This document shows, in pieces, positions 12,432-26,699 of a stretch of 64,000 nt of DNA. The DNA lies in NCBI RefSeq assembly GCF_009834535.1, contig NC_045697.1:50160001-50224000 (forward strand), in the 5' to 3' direction. The notes beneath the pieces are model-generated. The model saw nothing but the letters and a program-made list of their open reading frames with translations. It was not told where the DNA came from and ran no database searches. Positions within the stretch are counted from its first letter, which is position 1; the number at the start of each line of letters is the position of its first letter. Position numbers and translations under genes: made by a program. This DNA comes from Camelus ferus (Eukaryota).

Positions 12432-15400
12432 GTAAGTGGCTGCCCTGAACACTGGAGACCCAGGAGGAAAGTCTGGGGTGGAGTCGCGGGAGGGCGAATC
12501 TTTCGCACTGGCAGCTGGACCCGAGGGCGTCCCGGGGCTGGCAGGGGCGGGTCGCAGAACTTGAACGGCTGGGACGGCGTGAAGTTAAGGATCCGCAATT
12601 AGGCACCTGGGGCCGCACCTGACGCGGCGGGCTTGGGCGCGTGGGCCGCACAGCACAAAAGGCCGGGGCGCAGGATGCGGGTGTCCTTCCGCCGTGGGGC
12701 GCCGTGCAGGCCCGCGAGGGGTGGTGGCAGGGAAATCCGCCAAAGCGGGAGCCTGGGAGACTAAACAGAGAAGACACCCTGCGGACTACAGAGAAACGGG
12801 AACCCCTTGGCTTGAGATGCGGGCCTCGGGTCTCGGGGAGTGCGGGGCAAGGGGGAGAACGATTTGCCTGATGTGTGGGCCCTGGGCGTGTGCTAGGGAC
12901 TGGAGGGGGACCACCCCTGAGAGCTGAGAGCTGGCAGTGGCCTGAGAATGAATTATTACACCTATTTCTTGCTGGCGAAGTTGGGAGGAGCAGTAGGAGA
13001 AAAAAAGACTCAACTTATGAGACCTGAATCTCCTGTCACTGATAGGGAAGAAAAGAGAGATGACATATTTTACTGAGGGGGCTATTGATGAAACACAGAT
13101 GCTTTACTTGGAGTATATTATTTCCTCTTTTAAGGAGAAACTGCGGAGAGAAAACTTCTTCCTCACTTTGAAGGTGAAACTTGGCCTGTTAGTTTAGGGA
13201 CTGCTGGGTGTGGTCACCTGGTGTGAGGGAAAGGTGGCCAGTGGGAGGAGTGGCAGAGGCCACCGGAACCTGCTGGAGGCTCCCCTCACTTCCTTGGGAG
13301 TCTGCTGGCAGAGAGATGCTGGGGAAAGTCTGCAGCTGGAAGCAAGGCCCCCCTCACCCTCCAGTATGGGAAGGGAGCAAGGAAGGTACTTAGGTGGGAA
13401 AATCCTACTGCTTCAAGGCATCCTCTCTGCATTATGGCCATTTTGAAGAGAGGCGAGCAGAAGGGAAGGGAAACTGGCAGTATTTTGTAGTCCTAGCTGG
13501 AGTGAGTCATAGGGACACCTGGGCTTGGGGCATCGAGGTGGGAGGATGGGTGTTTCTAGCTGAAGGGTTTATGTGATGAAGACATTACCTTCCAACCTGG
13601 GAAGGGCTTGGCTTTCTCTTATGGAGGAAAAAAGGCGAGATCTAAATGGAAACTTCCATTTAGCTATGTCCTAGGAATAAGAGAGGTGCCTAAAGAGGTG
13701 TCATGACCTTGGTTGGAAGTGGACCAGACTTGGATTGTAGATAGAGAGAAAGGACTGATTTACAAACCTTGCAGAGGAAGAGATCAGAAGCGATTTAGTG
13801 ATGAGTGATGTGGAGCCCGAAGGGCAATGGGCCTGACAGTGAGGCCTGGAGATAGTGCTGGTGCTTTTGCCAGCATCACTTGGATGAAGCCGGCATTCTC
13901 TTCCTTCACCTTATCTGGATTGCCCAACAGTCAGAGCATTTACTGAGAATCTGCTGCAGTCAGCAAGGCGCTAGATGCTGTGGGGATGAGGGTGGGAATC
14001 TGGCTCAAGAGAGTCCTAAGATATGATTTCTGCCCTAAAAGATGTTATGTTGGACTTGGGAATGCAGGACTGACAGATCTGAAGCAATAAGAGAAAAAGT
14101 CATGAGCAGAGAAAAGAGCTCAACAGGGAGGAATGGAGCAGGGGGGAGGCTGCCTGGAGGACCTGAGTGGGTAGGATTGAAGCTTGGTAGAATTTGAAGC
14201 TGTAGGGAAGAGAGGGGGACAAGAGAGGGGAAAAACATTTAGTATGGTGTTAGTGATGTGGGAATAAGATTACTTTCCTAGCAAGACAGATAATCAGCCT
14301 TCCAGAAAGGAGAATGTGTGAGAGGCAGATAAATTATGAAGAGCCAAAAAAACTGACATGAGTCAATAAACAATTAAACACACAGTATCACAGGTCTGGA
14401 ATACAGGAGTAATATATAGCAAACAATGATGTAAGGAGATATACCTGGCAGTGATGTGCAGTGTGGGAGGAGGGGAGGGGCCAGCGGACCTGGCTGTCTC
14501 ATAGGTATCATCTAGGCACGAGCTAATTCAGGCCTCGATTAGGGTGATGCGCCGGCTGAAATGTTATGGTAGAAACAACCCTTCCAGGTTGATGGGCATT
14601 CTTCCCTAAATACTATCGCATCGTGTTTTTTTTTTTTCCCCCTCAAAACTCATAAAAAAGGCAGAAATGAAAAAACAGAACTCTAATTCAGTGCTATTGT
14701 AATTCAGGGTAATCTAGGTGTGCCATTGCCTTGTTGAATGTCTGGTTTAGGGAATTGGATTCAGTCTCTAGATCCCCTAAGAGCCTTACTCTTTGCAAGA
14801 TGACAAAGGTTGTTGACACCAGTGTTTGTATTAAGTGGTCCTATTTCTCTCATATACACTTTACTTTTAAATCTCATCCCCAACTTAAGTCATATGTTAT
14901 TTTGTTTACTTCTTGAAAAGAATGTGAGCCATGGCTGTGTGATGTTCTAGGATGTGTGTGTGTGTGACACGGTGGAGTGCATCTTTAGAACTGGCGCTGG
15001 GCAGATGTGAGACCTGATTCCAGCTCTACCATTCTGTGACTCTGAGATGAGTTACAACTTTCTGAGTATTGTTTTTCTTATCTGAAAAATCAGGGGGTTG
15101 CTTTGGATGAGATAAAGGTCCTTACCAACCTGACATTCTACTCATCTTTAACCAACATTTCTATTGAGAATTTAAGAGAAAATCTTTTTACAATTATATT
15201 TAACTTCCACTTACTTGGCAGTGGATCTTTGTTTCATGTAAACTTTGCCATAATAGAACCATGGATGCTTGTTTCTTTGATAAACATGGGTAAAGAACCA
15301 ATAACTTTGTTTAAGTGTTTCTTTTTTTTATCTTGAAGAAATTGGATTCCCTTTTAATTCTGTTTTTAAATTTCTCCCTCTCATCCAGTTGCTATAGGAG

Positions 15401-17019
15401 ACTAAAGCTGAAACCATAGCCCATGAAAAAAGGAAAAAAAAAAGTTTCTTTTTAAAAAAAAAATGAGTGAGTTTTAAGGTCAAAATATGTCCCCCTCCCC
15501 TTATTAAAATTGAAACCATTAATCTACGTAAGTTGGTTTTAAGTTCTTCTAGAGAATATGAGTGTATTCATGATGTAATATCTAGCTTTCAAGTTGTAAA
15601 GTAGGTAGGTGGCAGCAAGTAAGATTCTCATTGTCCTAAGGAAGTGACCGAAGCCCCCTACACTGACGATTTTAGGACTTGCCTCTTCAGTTGTGCCCTT
15701 TGGCATAGAAGAGCATTGAGAGGTTTTTTCCTCTTCAAAATTCCCAGGTTTCACAGGCCACGCTCGCCTATGAACAACTGTTACAAATCAGATTTTGCTA
15801 TTGCTCCGTTCTCAGTTGTTGTGTGGAAATTCTCAGATAATTCTGGAAGAAAGACCTCAGTTTTGCAGGCAAGCTTTGTTGTACCACTGTGGTGGCCCTG
15901 CTGTTGCTTGGCCTGCTAATATCTGTGCAGAAGCCAAAGATGCCTAGGACAGAGAGGACCTGTGTCTGTCCATGCCCCTGCACTGCCCCATCTCTGCTGT
16001 GACTGCTCACCCCAGTATCCCGTGCTCCTTAAATCCATGGAGAGCCCAGTCCAATCCAGGGAAAGCCTCATCTTGTTTTTTCCTCACCCTCTGATAGTAG
16101 TCAGTTCATGCCAGGACATGGGCATGAATGTCACTAGGAGGCTGGGGCAAGTGACAGAGAAACAGGCACCAGAATGCACCCTGAGCCACCCCTCCGATCC
16201 ATGAACCCTGCGTGTCACCTTCTCCGTTAAGATTAGTGTCTTGCCAGGAGGGTCCAAGTAAGCCAGAATCTGGGCTGAATGCAGTTTAGGCTTAAGTCGT
16301 GATCCTGAAACACTTCCAACATTGCTAACAAACCCCTGGGTCCACAAGGAATCCATGTTCCAGTTGGTCAAGAATCCCCTAAAAGTAAAATTTAAGAGGA
16401 AAGCAATCTGATTAAAATGGCTCTGCTTTGTGTTGCTAATGACTGCTAGTTTGTCCAGGCATAATTGTATCTTAAAAAAGGACCTACCAACTGATGGAAA
16501 AACTTTTCCTTGCCTTTATTTTTCAAATTTCTGCTCCCACTAGTTATGAAATAGATAAAAATTCTCAAAAGAGTTGTATTTTAGCTGGTTTTGATAGCAA
16601 GGAACAAATGTAAGAAGATGACACTGCAAAAGCAAAATGTTTATCCACTTTCTAAAAAAAAAAAGTCTCTATAGATTCTTCTTCAACTGCTGATTCTGAT
16701 TCTAGTTGTATGCAGAGCAAAGCTTTGTAGCACATGTCTGGCATTGATACCAAACCCAGCATCGTAAGGTGAATCAGAGAAAAGGCTGGCCTTTACTAGC
16801 AGAGAAAAATAAAATATTTACAAGATAATATTAATATTTTAAATCTCATCAAAGTGGGGTTGTCTCATTTATTTTGGTTATATAAATAGTTACCATAATT
16901 GAAAAATAATAAAACTGTCCTTTTGGAAGAATGGATGATGATACAATGGAAAATAAACAAGTATTTTAGAAGAAATTTTTATGACAAAATAATTTTTTTT
17001 CAGATATTCAAAAGCAGAC

Positions 17020-17235
17020 AGCCATGCATAGATTTTAAGTTATCCCATAGCAATTGTCCTGTAACATTGAGAAAATTACTTACTTTCCCTGTGCTGCATT
17101 CTCTCATCTACAGGATGATAATTATGATAGTACCTACCATAATGCTGAAAATATGAGTGAATTTTTTAGCAGGTTATAATTTCAGATCTAGCATAGTGCC
17201 TAGCACACAATAAATCCCCAGTAAATATTTGTTCC
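17020..17235 (+). mobile_element. MIR SINE
   Basis: CTCATCTACAGGATGATAATTATGATAGTACCTAC...AGCATAGTGCCTAGCACAC. Confidence 0.65.
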
Positions 17236-17295
17236 AATACTAAGCCTATGGGCATTTTGTGAGATCAAATGGCATTATACAAAAGAAGACCAATG

Positions 17296-17550
17296 CAAAA
17301 TCACAGAGATAGAAAATAGAATGGCAGTTTCCAGGGACTTGGGGAGCAGGGAATGGGGAGTTATTGTTCATGGGTACAGAGTTTCAGTTTTGCAAGATGA
17401 AAAGAATTCTGGAGATGAGGTATTTATGATTGTCCAACAATATAAATGTACTTAATATCACTGAACTGTACATTTAAAAGTGGTTAGGATGGTAAATTGT
17501 GTCTCTATATATATATAGTCTTACCACAATATAAGTAATTGGGGAAAAAA
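17296..17550 (+). mobile_element. L1 3'-end fragment (L1MB-like), sense in intron 1
   Basis: GGGTACAGAGTTTCAGTTTTGCAAGATGAAAAG...CACTGAACTGTACATTTAAAA. Confidence 0.85.
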
Positions 17551-17959
17551 GAGGACTGAGAGGAGGAGAGTGTTGGTGGCACCCACCTACGTGGTGTGGG
17601 AGTCAGAAAAACAACAGGTAGAATTGAACGAAAAGGGAAGGACAAGTCAGGAATCCAAAGAGGGGTGGATTTTAGGTGGAAGATTTGGGAAGGTCAACCA
17701 CATCAAATACTGTGGATGGAGGAGGCTGGGGCTCAAGAGGAGGTCACTGGAGAGTGAGCTATGAGGAAATCATCTCTTGAAAGACCAGCCAGGAGATTAA
17801 TGGTAATTGATGAAGCCAAACACACACCCACACACCCACACTTGAATGGATAGAGGTCTGGGTGCTGGGCAGAAAATAGAGAAAGTTTTGAGTATGAGAG
17901 ACAATTGAAAATAGTTGGAAAGTTGACTCAGCTGAGGTTTCCTCTGTGTAGTTCAGAGT

Positions 17960-18200
17960 ACACAACTTGGATGAATGAACTAAAGTTCCAAGAAGACAGC
18001 TTTCTCCTTAATTTAGGAAATCTTTTCCCAATTAGAGCTTTGGAAAAATGAAATCAGCTGTCTTGGGATGCAGTGGGCTTCCCATGCCTGGACATATTGG
18101 GGGTCTGGATGACGTTTACAGGAAGCTTCTGTAGAGGTGATTCCTAGGTGAGGTAGTGGGTGGACCAAATGACCACCAAGTGTTCTTATGTCTCTGTGAA
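17960..18200 (+). mobile_element. L3/CR1-type 3' fragment
   Basis: ATTAGAGCTTTGGAAAAATGAAATCAGCTGTCTTGGGATGCAGTGGGCTTCCCA resembles the CR1/L3 3' region. Confidence 0.45.
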
Positions 18201-20254
18201 TGATAGGTGTTACTAAGTTACTTCACTTTGGAAATATTTTGGAGGTTGGTAGAGAGTTTCAAGCTAAGAAACTGCCAGCTGACTTCTATGAGAAAAGGCA
18301 GGACACTTGGGGACTTTGGGAACCAATGGTAAAGAATTTTGAAAAAGGAAGTCACTTGAGCCTCCTTCTCCCCCCAACCCAAAGCTGTTCAGTGACCATG
18401 TCTTTTCATGAATAGAAATATCAAAGTTAACATCACCAGTAATGTCATGTAGATATCATGTTCGCCTCGTATGATGTGATGGCAGGATATCTTGGGATAT
18501 AGTACTAATCCCATGCTCCAGGCTCAGTTTTTGCCTTAAAGACTCTGCACTCTTTATTGTACCATCTATTAGGATAATAATTATCACCTGGGATCCGGTA
18601 GTGAAGGGGAAAAAACCCTGGCATAACGATAGTTGATAAGTTATATTGACAAAAATTTCAGATGTTGTTATTTCAGGAGAAAGTTCTAATATTGCCATCT
18701 TATGGTAGGAAACTTCTGTGAGAAGATTCTCTACTCACTTTTAGATAAATGATAATTATCCTGTAATAAAGGGCAAGAATAACAAAATGTGATTTAGATG
18801 TGAGATGAAACTATACACTTTCCATTTGTCTTTGCAAAAGTCTGAAGAAGGAAATGCACCCCATTCTTTCTTACTGATTTCTACCCCACAGCATGCACCA
18901 TTATTAAATACTTGAGTGTTTTTTCTAGGTTAGTCAGATTCTTTATTTGGAATCTGTCTTTCAGGATGAGGTGAACAGATGTTGCAAAGTTACAACTGGA
19001 AATGTGTGGTGTGACTACTTCTTAATGAGTCTTATTTTCATAGGTCACACAAGAAAATCAATTGAATTATTTCACAGTCACACCACACATATCAAGGAAG
19101 CCCTTGTTTCTTAATCCTTCTTTGTATAATTCTTCACTCCAGCTTCACATCTTTACTCATCATCTCCCCAGACACACTAAACGCATTTCTATGTCATTGC
19201 CTCTGATCCAGTTTAGTTTCTAGCTTCTTTTGTGAAAAATTTCCTTATAATTTCTTCAGCTTAACACATTGTCTCTTTTTGGAAATCCAATAGAATTTAT
19301 TTTCTTTATATATGGCACCTATAATATACTGTCTGATATTGGTTGATTGATATTTCTGTTATCTGCAAATGGTTTGATCAATAAAGTCGTAATGAATTAA
19401 TGTTAAGTTGGGTTGACTTATCCTAACTCATTTTAAGGACCTAAATTCTGGGGCTGTTTCTGGTTGGATCTGCATCTACTCTGAAACCCTATCTCCTTTT
19501 CTTTAGCTTTATTAAAGTTTGGTGACTGTTTCCTCATGGGTCAGAGGCTGTGTTATCTCTGGATCCAGAGGCCAGCTCCACTATTCCTCCTCATTTAGCA
19601 CTCAGATAATCCTCCCTGACAACAAGTTGTTCTTTTTCCTTGGTTCCTTTGCTTCCTCTCTTTGAACTATTATGGAAATTCGGTGAGCCCAGAGCTTTTC
19701 ATTTAAAGTGCTATAATGTCTGACTGTCAGATCTGGCCTTATCATAAAGGAATGAGTATCAGAAGGTCAAGTTTTGACAACTGATGATTTCTAAGAAACT
19801 CGCTCTAGGTTACTGTAGGGTTCTCATTCAATTTAGTCATTGTTGTCACAGGCTCAATAACGGTCACGGTAAAAAAAAAAAAAAAAAGTTGGTTTAGTGG
19901 CAATGGCATTATCGTGGTGTTGACAGCTTTCAGATATGGAAGTTAGTTTATGTATGACAGGTTGTTAAATTACTTCCCTCTCTGGGCTTCAAAGATATAA
20001 GATGTGGAGTACTTTTATGAGTTAGAAAAGTGTTGTCCATCATTCTAAGCCCTTCTTAAAGACCAGGATATTGTTTCTACCATTTGGAATAGAATTTTGT
20101 GCTGGAGTTCGTATTCTACTTTCTTGATTTTGGATGGACATAAACTATCTGTGAAGACTCTCTTAGTTTTTCTCTGCCCTTGTTTTGCCTCCCCTCTCGG
20201 CTGTGAAAATCTAGAAGCTTATCTTTCCGTTTGATAGATTAGGCAGTTCTCCAG

Positions 20255-20861
20255 TTGTGTCATTTTAGAGACCTTAGAAAAATCCCTCCTTGTCCTGGAA
20301 CAGGGCTCCCCCTGAGAGCTTCTGATGCCCCAGATCCTCACTGTGTTGGGACACAAGTTTGTACACTTCTTAAGAGCCCTTCAACTACCCCCTTTGTCTC
20401 TTGCTCAGCTTTCCGCCCATACCAGGTTGCCCCTCTTTTTGGACCTAGATACAACACCATGTTCCAGGGCATGTATCCCAGCCTCTCACTCACCAAGGGG
20501 CCAGAGATCAGGGGAGGCAGCACCCAGTGGGGTAAACTTAGTCCAATGGGAAATGGGTGATGAAAGTGACGGGGGCAGATAAATTCCTCCTTTCTTCTGT
20601 GGACTACTAGAAGACGACGTCCCTGTTTGAACCCTTCACACGGCTCATGGATTAGTGAACATGTCACTTGTTTCTGTGTCTGTGGTTCACTCCTGGGCTG
20701 CACCCAGCATGATGGGTGCACACGTTGCATTGTTTTGTCTCCTCTGCTTCCTTTCCTTTCATCTCATTCTCAAGGCCTGGAGCTTGTAGTCTCCCTAATA
20801 AAGTGATAACCCCTTGATCTGTATCTCAGGCTCTGCTATCCAGAAGACCCATGTTGAAGCA
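20255..20861 (+). mobile_element. ERVL solo LTR (LTR16-like), sense in intron 1
   Basis: 3' end AATAAAG...TCTCAGGCTCTGCT...GACCCATGTTGAAGCA resembles LTR16-family ends; 5' boundary uncertain. Confidence 0.6.
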
Positions 20862-22399
20862 CTTGATGCTAGAGTATTTCTGTTGAGTTAAGCAATTTGT
20901 CTCCCTGCAGGAGAGAATTGTATTGAAAGCAAACACATCTAGAAAGGGAAATCTATTAAGGAATTCTGTTCTATTTGGGGTAACATTAAAGCAGTAGGAG
21001 GATACTGGTTTACAGGAGGGGAAAAGACAACAATGAAAAAGATAGGAAAGGAGTTAACAAAAAAAGATGAAGAAAAACCTCAAAGTCAATCTGTTTCACA
21101 GTTTTTGTCTCAGCCACCCACATGCACAATGTTAAAACAGCATTTTCACCCCCTAATAATTTTTTCAACTCAGTGTTAGACATGTCTTCTCTTTAGAATT
21201 AGAAAAGACTTTTTGTGTATAGCATGCACACTCAAGATTCAGATGGGGACCCTGACGTTCAGTGTTGAGTCACTTAATCATAATCACAAATCTGGTGATT
21301 AAAAGGTACATTCAAGATTCAGTTCCAGCTCCATTTGACTCCAGATCTATCCTTTTCCTATTATTCTATACTGCTTCCTTCTAATACAAATAAAGTTTCA
21401 GGGATTTTACTATGAAATATTCTTCCAATTTCTGTTTATATTCATAAGTAGATACATTCTCCTTTGACTTACAGTTGGAGTGTCTAATGGGAAATGGAGT
21501 GTGGTTCAAATCCTGAAATAAGATTGATATGATATCATAGGAAATTACTGGATTTAGTAGACACAAGTAAAAGTTAGGATATCTAAGAAGATGTCCTAAG
21601 TAAGTTGTCAGAATACAGATGAATGGACATTTTGTGATAATGTTATATTTATTTTGAACATATAAAATGCACTTGGCTCTAAAAATGGAAAGTTCGGCTC
21701 AGAGATGAGGCAAATACAACGTGTATGACTGTTTAGGTTGGTCACATTTGATCTTTTTAAGTAGTTGACCCAGCTGGTATAGGACTTACCTCAGCATAAG
21801 TAGTAACTTTGAGACAGTAGTCATTCTCCTTGTCAAGCTATGTCTTTTTGAATGCTTGTATTGTTCCCAGTGAGTTCATTCCCCATGTTGGCTGATGGGG
21901 ATAACACTTTTAATACACTATATAATTTTTAACTTGAGAATCTCAAAGTGCATAAAAGTAAGTGGAGCTTTGACTCACTAAAGCAGAATTTGGTTTCTTT
22001 TCCTTTTTGTCCTTAATTTTATGAATGGAATTGATGCTTAAAAAAACAGCCCCAGAAATAGGGATTCAATTTCCAGTCACTTAGTAAATACAACAAATCT
22101 AACATTATTTTGTTTTACTTTGTTTTTATTGCTTGAATGCATCTGAGAATCCTGCAGGTCATGTGCAGCAGGGAAGCACAAATAATAGGTTGAATGAAAG
22201 ACCAAGAAAACCAAAAGACTGTGAAATATTTGGATGACAGGTAAAATTCAACGCAAGTGCAAAATCATTTTTAGGTGAAAATTAAAATGAAACAAACAGA
22301 ACAAAAACAAAAAGAACAAAACAGCCATCAATACACTGCTTTCCAGTAGTATAAAAGATTTAGGAGCTTCATTTTATTCTAAGCAGAATAAAACCCCCG

Positions 22400-22800
22400 T
22401 ATTTAATGATATAGTTGGTTTAAAAGGGCTGATACGCAATGGGGGTGCATTATCAGAAATATGGTGCCCACAATGTGGAGGCTAAGAGCCCCACTCTATT
22501 CTATCTTTGCCAGAGTGTGTGAAATGATACTTTATTTTAACCTTGTATTTAAGGGAGGATGACAAGGCTTATGAGAGGTCTTGATGATGTCAGGTAAGAT
22601 ATGGTTAAAGGAATCAGGATGTCTAGCTTGAGAAAGAAATTCTTTCAGGAAGAACTGATATCTGGCTTCACATATATGAAGATCTGTCATAGGAAAGAGA
22701 GATTAAACTTATTCTAGGTGATTCCAATGAGCAGAGTAAAATTATAGGAAAGCAAAAACCAATTCCACATAAAGAAGCATCTATGGAGCTTTAGAAATAG
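22400..22800 (+). mobile_element. L3/CR1 LINE remnant
   Basis: GGATGTCTAGCTTGAGAAAGAAA...TTCACATATATGAAGATCTGTCAT resembles decayed CR1 ORF2 (GMFSLEKR...FKYLKGCH). Confidence 0.55.
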
Positions 22801-23464
22801 GTGCTTAATTTTTTTTTTTAATGAATGAATGAGTATGATTGAAGGAAGAGATGAATGGTCTCATTGAAATGGGCCTTAGAAGAGAGTGAAGTCTCTGGGC
22901 TGAAACTTTAAAGGCGGGCTTCATGAACTCTTCCAGGTGATGTTTTCAGGGCAGTTGTGAGTTGGCTGGTAGGAGGTTGAATACCTCTTTTTTCTAAGGT
23001 TCATACTAATTCTGAAATTTAATATAACTTGTGACTCTTTTGAATGAAAATCTTATGTTTTTCAAATCTAAGTACCACATTTTCTTTCATTTTCTCTAAA
23101 ATACAATCCATGTGTATTTTATATACAAGATAACTTAATAAATTATGTTCCTTTACAAATTCTTTTGCTATACTATTTCCCTTGATTTTTGTGAACTAGA
23201 TAACAGAATAGGCAGGGAAATTATGATCCAAATTTCTCTTCAGGAAAAAGGTCAGGATAGTATGTTAATTAGCTCAAGGTCATACGGTGAATTGATGGCT
23301 AAGTCTGGTGATATTTCCACATGAGGATGGCACTTTCCCTAATAAATTATTTTTAAGAAGTAAAAATTTGAGCCTTTGAGGCTATGCAATTAACTTAAAG
23401 GAAGATATTAAAAATGAAAGCTATGTTTTAGATAAAAAATATTAAAAGGGTTTGGAGATAATTG

Positions 23465-23690
23465 CAAAGATTCTAACCAGGGTAATTTCTCCCCCAAGGA
23501 AACATTAGGCAATGTCTGGGGACAGTTTTCATTGTGACATCTCAGGAGTGGGCAGAGGAAGGGAGGTAGGATGCTACTGACATTTCATGAGCAAAAGCCA
23601 GGGATGCTGCTCGTCACTGTACAATGCACAGCATCCCACAACAAAGAGTTCCCAGCCCCAAATGCCAGTAGTGTAAAAGCTGAGGAACCC
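23465..23690 (+). mobile_element. MER20 hAT-Charlie DNA transposon
   Basis: GGCAATGTCTGGGGACA...GCCAGGGATGCTGCT...TACAATGCACAG...CCAGCCCCAAATGCCAGTAGTG. Confidence 0.85.
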
Positions 23691-24521
23691 ATTAGATGTT
23701 TCCCACTCGTTTTAGCCAGAACTTGGATTTCCTTGAGCAATGAGGTAAGATGTATTGCCTATAAAATACTTTCAAGCTCTTATTTTCCAAAGACTTTCCA
23801 TTCACTCAAAATAAAGTTATATTTGCCAAAACTGCTAACTTTGACTGCAAAGGACTACATTGCAGTTGTAGAAGAGACCCTGCCTTTTGGGTTTAACTTT
23901 CTAGCCTCTTCTGCTTCTGTTGCTAATCCATCCTTTACCTCTCTCGTACCTTTGGCATCTTCCTGTCAATTATCTTTCATATTAAAAAAAAACAAGAACA
24001 AAACAATCCTCTTTTTTTCTGTACATATTGACTAATCTTGCATCTCTCTTTCTTAGTTCAACATCTTTGAATAATAATCTACAATTATTTGCACATTTTT
24101 CATGCTATTACTATTTTTCTAGCTATATACTGTTAGTGTTTTTGTTGTCAAATCCAATGCATATACTTCAGTTCTTATCTTTAATTCTCCATCAATTTTT
24201 ATACAGTCGATCAAGTTCTTCGAGAAAAAAATGTCTTCTTAGTTCTGTAGCTCTTCCTTCTTTGTCCCTTGAACATCTCTGCCCCTCTATTATAATTTTT
24301 TTTCAGGATTCCATCCTTAATCAGCTTTCTCTTTTTATATGGCTCTTTCCAACAGACACACATCCATGGTATTAAATACCTGTTTGTTTTTCATGATTCC
24401 CAAATATAGAACTTGTAGCTTGGACTTGATGCCAGAGTTCTAGATCTAATATCCATTTACTATCGCTAAATGAGCCATAGTCACCTTCAAAGAAGAGTAT
24501 CTAAAACTAGATTTCTCTCCA

Positions 24522-24835
24522 TGCCTTAGGCAGTTTGGGCTTTTATAATAAAATAACATAGACTAGGAGGCTCGGGCTTGTAAACAGCAAACATGTATTT
24601 TTCATAGTTCTGGAGGCTGATAAGTTCAAGATGAAGGCTCTAGCAGATTCAATGTCTGGTGAGAGGCTGCTTTCTGGTTCATAGGCAGCATCTTTCTGCT
24701 GTGTCCTTACATGGCAGAAGGGACAGAGGAGCTCTTTGCTTCTGGGTCTCTTTTACAAGAGCCCTGGTCCATACGTGAGAACTTCATCCTTGTGACCTAA
24801 TCACCTACCAAAGGCCTGACCTCCAAATACCCAAT
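24522..24835 (-). mobile_element. MaLR LTR (MLT1A-like)
   Basis: TCATAGTTCTGGAGGCTG...GCAGATTCAATGTCTGGTGAG...GACCTAATCACCT.CCAAAGGCC. Confidence 0.85.
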
Positions 24836-26699
24836 GTGATGATATTCACCTTTTGTATTCACCTCCATATGGCTAAACAATTTGCTTATAATGCTGTTTC
24901 TTGCCTTGTCAAGTTTAGAATTTACCTATTGACTTTCTCTTCTAATTTCAATAGAGTCACTATAGGGGTGATACTCAAAACACTTAGGAACCAGCAGAGC
25001 ACAGATGATGATTCACCACAACCACATGGTCCATGTGAGCTAATTACTGGTCCTGATTTTATGACAAATTTTTGTTAAACTATCAGTATTTACATTATTA
25101 TGAGCACATATTGTTCACTGCTGAAACAAATGGTATACTATAATTATGTTGTCTTGCTTACACAGTTTTTGTTTTCTAGAAGTTGTTAATTGAAGTTTTA
25201 AAATTCATTTATTCCTCATTAAAAACTAACCATAGTCCTCACCTTTTCTGTGAATCTTTGCTGCTACGCAGAGTTGGTTCTGCACCCTATGTTATTCCCG
25301 TGCTACCTATGATGTACTTACCATGCTATGTCGTATACATTTCTGTGTCTGTCTGCCTTGCCAGAATGTGAGCTTCTTGAGGTTAGTGATTACCTCTCTT
25401 ATCTTTGAACCTTCAGTGTCCTGCATCAATGCCAAACACAGACTGTCTAATACATATCTGTTGAATTATGGATGGAACAGGAATGTCCTTTCTCTCTGAA
25501 GCAGCCTTCAATATTGAGTAGATGGTCTTGTGAGCGTTTCTCTGATTTCTGGGTTGCTCCATACATATCAAACACTCCAATGCCTGTCAGAGTCTAGGCA
25601 GTTAAAATAAATGGTGTGACATGCCTGATGGGATCTGTGGCATTAAAGGGGGTAACCTGCTAGTAGGCTCCAGCCAGTTGTTGCCATGAAGGTGTTTCAG
25701 ATCTGTGTCACCAGACCTGCTTTTTTAATACAAGCAGAAAAATCCAGGTTCTATATGAACTGTCATGATTCAATTTTTAAAAACTATGCAGACCAAAACA
25801 ATGGTTCTTCAGGGTTCATTTGGTTCATGACCACCAGCTGATGAAGGTTATTGAGTGGGAGTAGGAGGAACAGTGAACACTCTCCCAGAGCCTTGAGCTT
25901 GATGTCTGGTCTGCCTGAGGATGTCTCTACTCTGAGGGGTCCTCCCCAGGGGTCACCCCAGTGGAATCCCTTTGCCAGCTGATGCCAGCATATGGAGTGA
26001 GTCTTAGAAGACAAGGGCCTGGGCACAGCCTGCCAGAATATTCCAAGGCCCAGGGAATGTTTCAATGGAATCAAGATTTCCTCTGTTGGGTAGAAATAAA
26101 GAATGATGTGTTAAATTATAAGTGATAGTGTGATGGAGATTAAGAAGATGAAAAATTGTATCTATGTGCTAAGCAATTTGTGTGCCTTTTTGTATATTAT
26201 TTAATTCAATTTTTACACAACCCTGCGAAGGAGATGCTGTCACCCCCAGTTTGCAGATATTGAATCTCTAGGAGAGTTAGAAGTTGTTTTTTTTTTTTTT
26301 AAATTTCCACCATTAGGCGAGAGAAACTCCAGAATTAAGGCCTCCTGATTATGCCCACGAAGAAAACCCATGTATGAGATTTTAAAAATGAGTTAAACCT
26401 GCTTTATAGTAAAACAAAGAAATTGATTAAAAATTTCGACTGGAAATTGATATTGTGATCTTTGGTCTTGACGTTTGTCTTGTTCATTTTTTTATAGATT
26501 GATCTAAGATTAGTCATTCTTTAAACATTTGTTGAATATCCATTGTGTTCTGTGTTGGATACCAGGATTACAGAGATGAGTGATATACAATTTCTGGGCT
26601 TGAGAAGTCCTAAATGATTATTTCTGATGTGTTCTAAGTGTGAAAGGAGGGAGCCAGGTATTGAGATAAAAGATATGAAAAATCTAGAAATATAGTGGC

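Larger units (their letters stand above)
11830..12850. promoter_or_regulatory. CpG island / BTC promoter and 5' UTR
   Basis: Sharp rise in GC and CpG against an AT-rich background; overlapping CCGCCC GC boxes at 12200-12209; AT-rich ATAAATA at 12152; spans exon 1. Confidence 0.92.

Noticed and set aside
11738..12777. Long minus-strand ORFs (286, 276 and 193 aa) over the promoter
   Set aside because: Three overlapping frames are open and the peptides are Pro/Arg/Gly/Ala-rich with no recognisable domain, as expected from stop-codon scarcity in a CpG island
23571..24375. 154-aa and 115-aa intronic ORFs
   Set aside because: Overlap MER20 and T-rich decayed repeat sequence; no coding character
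25560..25840. Possible hAT-Charlie (MER102-like) remnant
   Set aside because: Similarity too weak to call without a search
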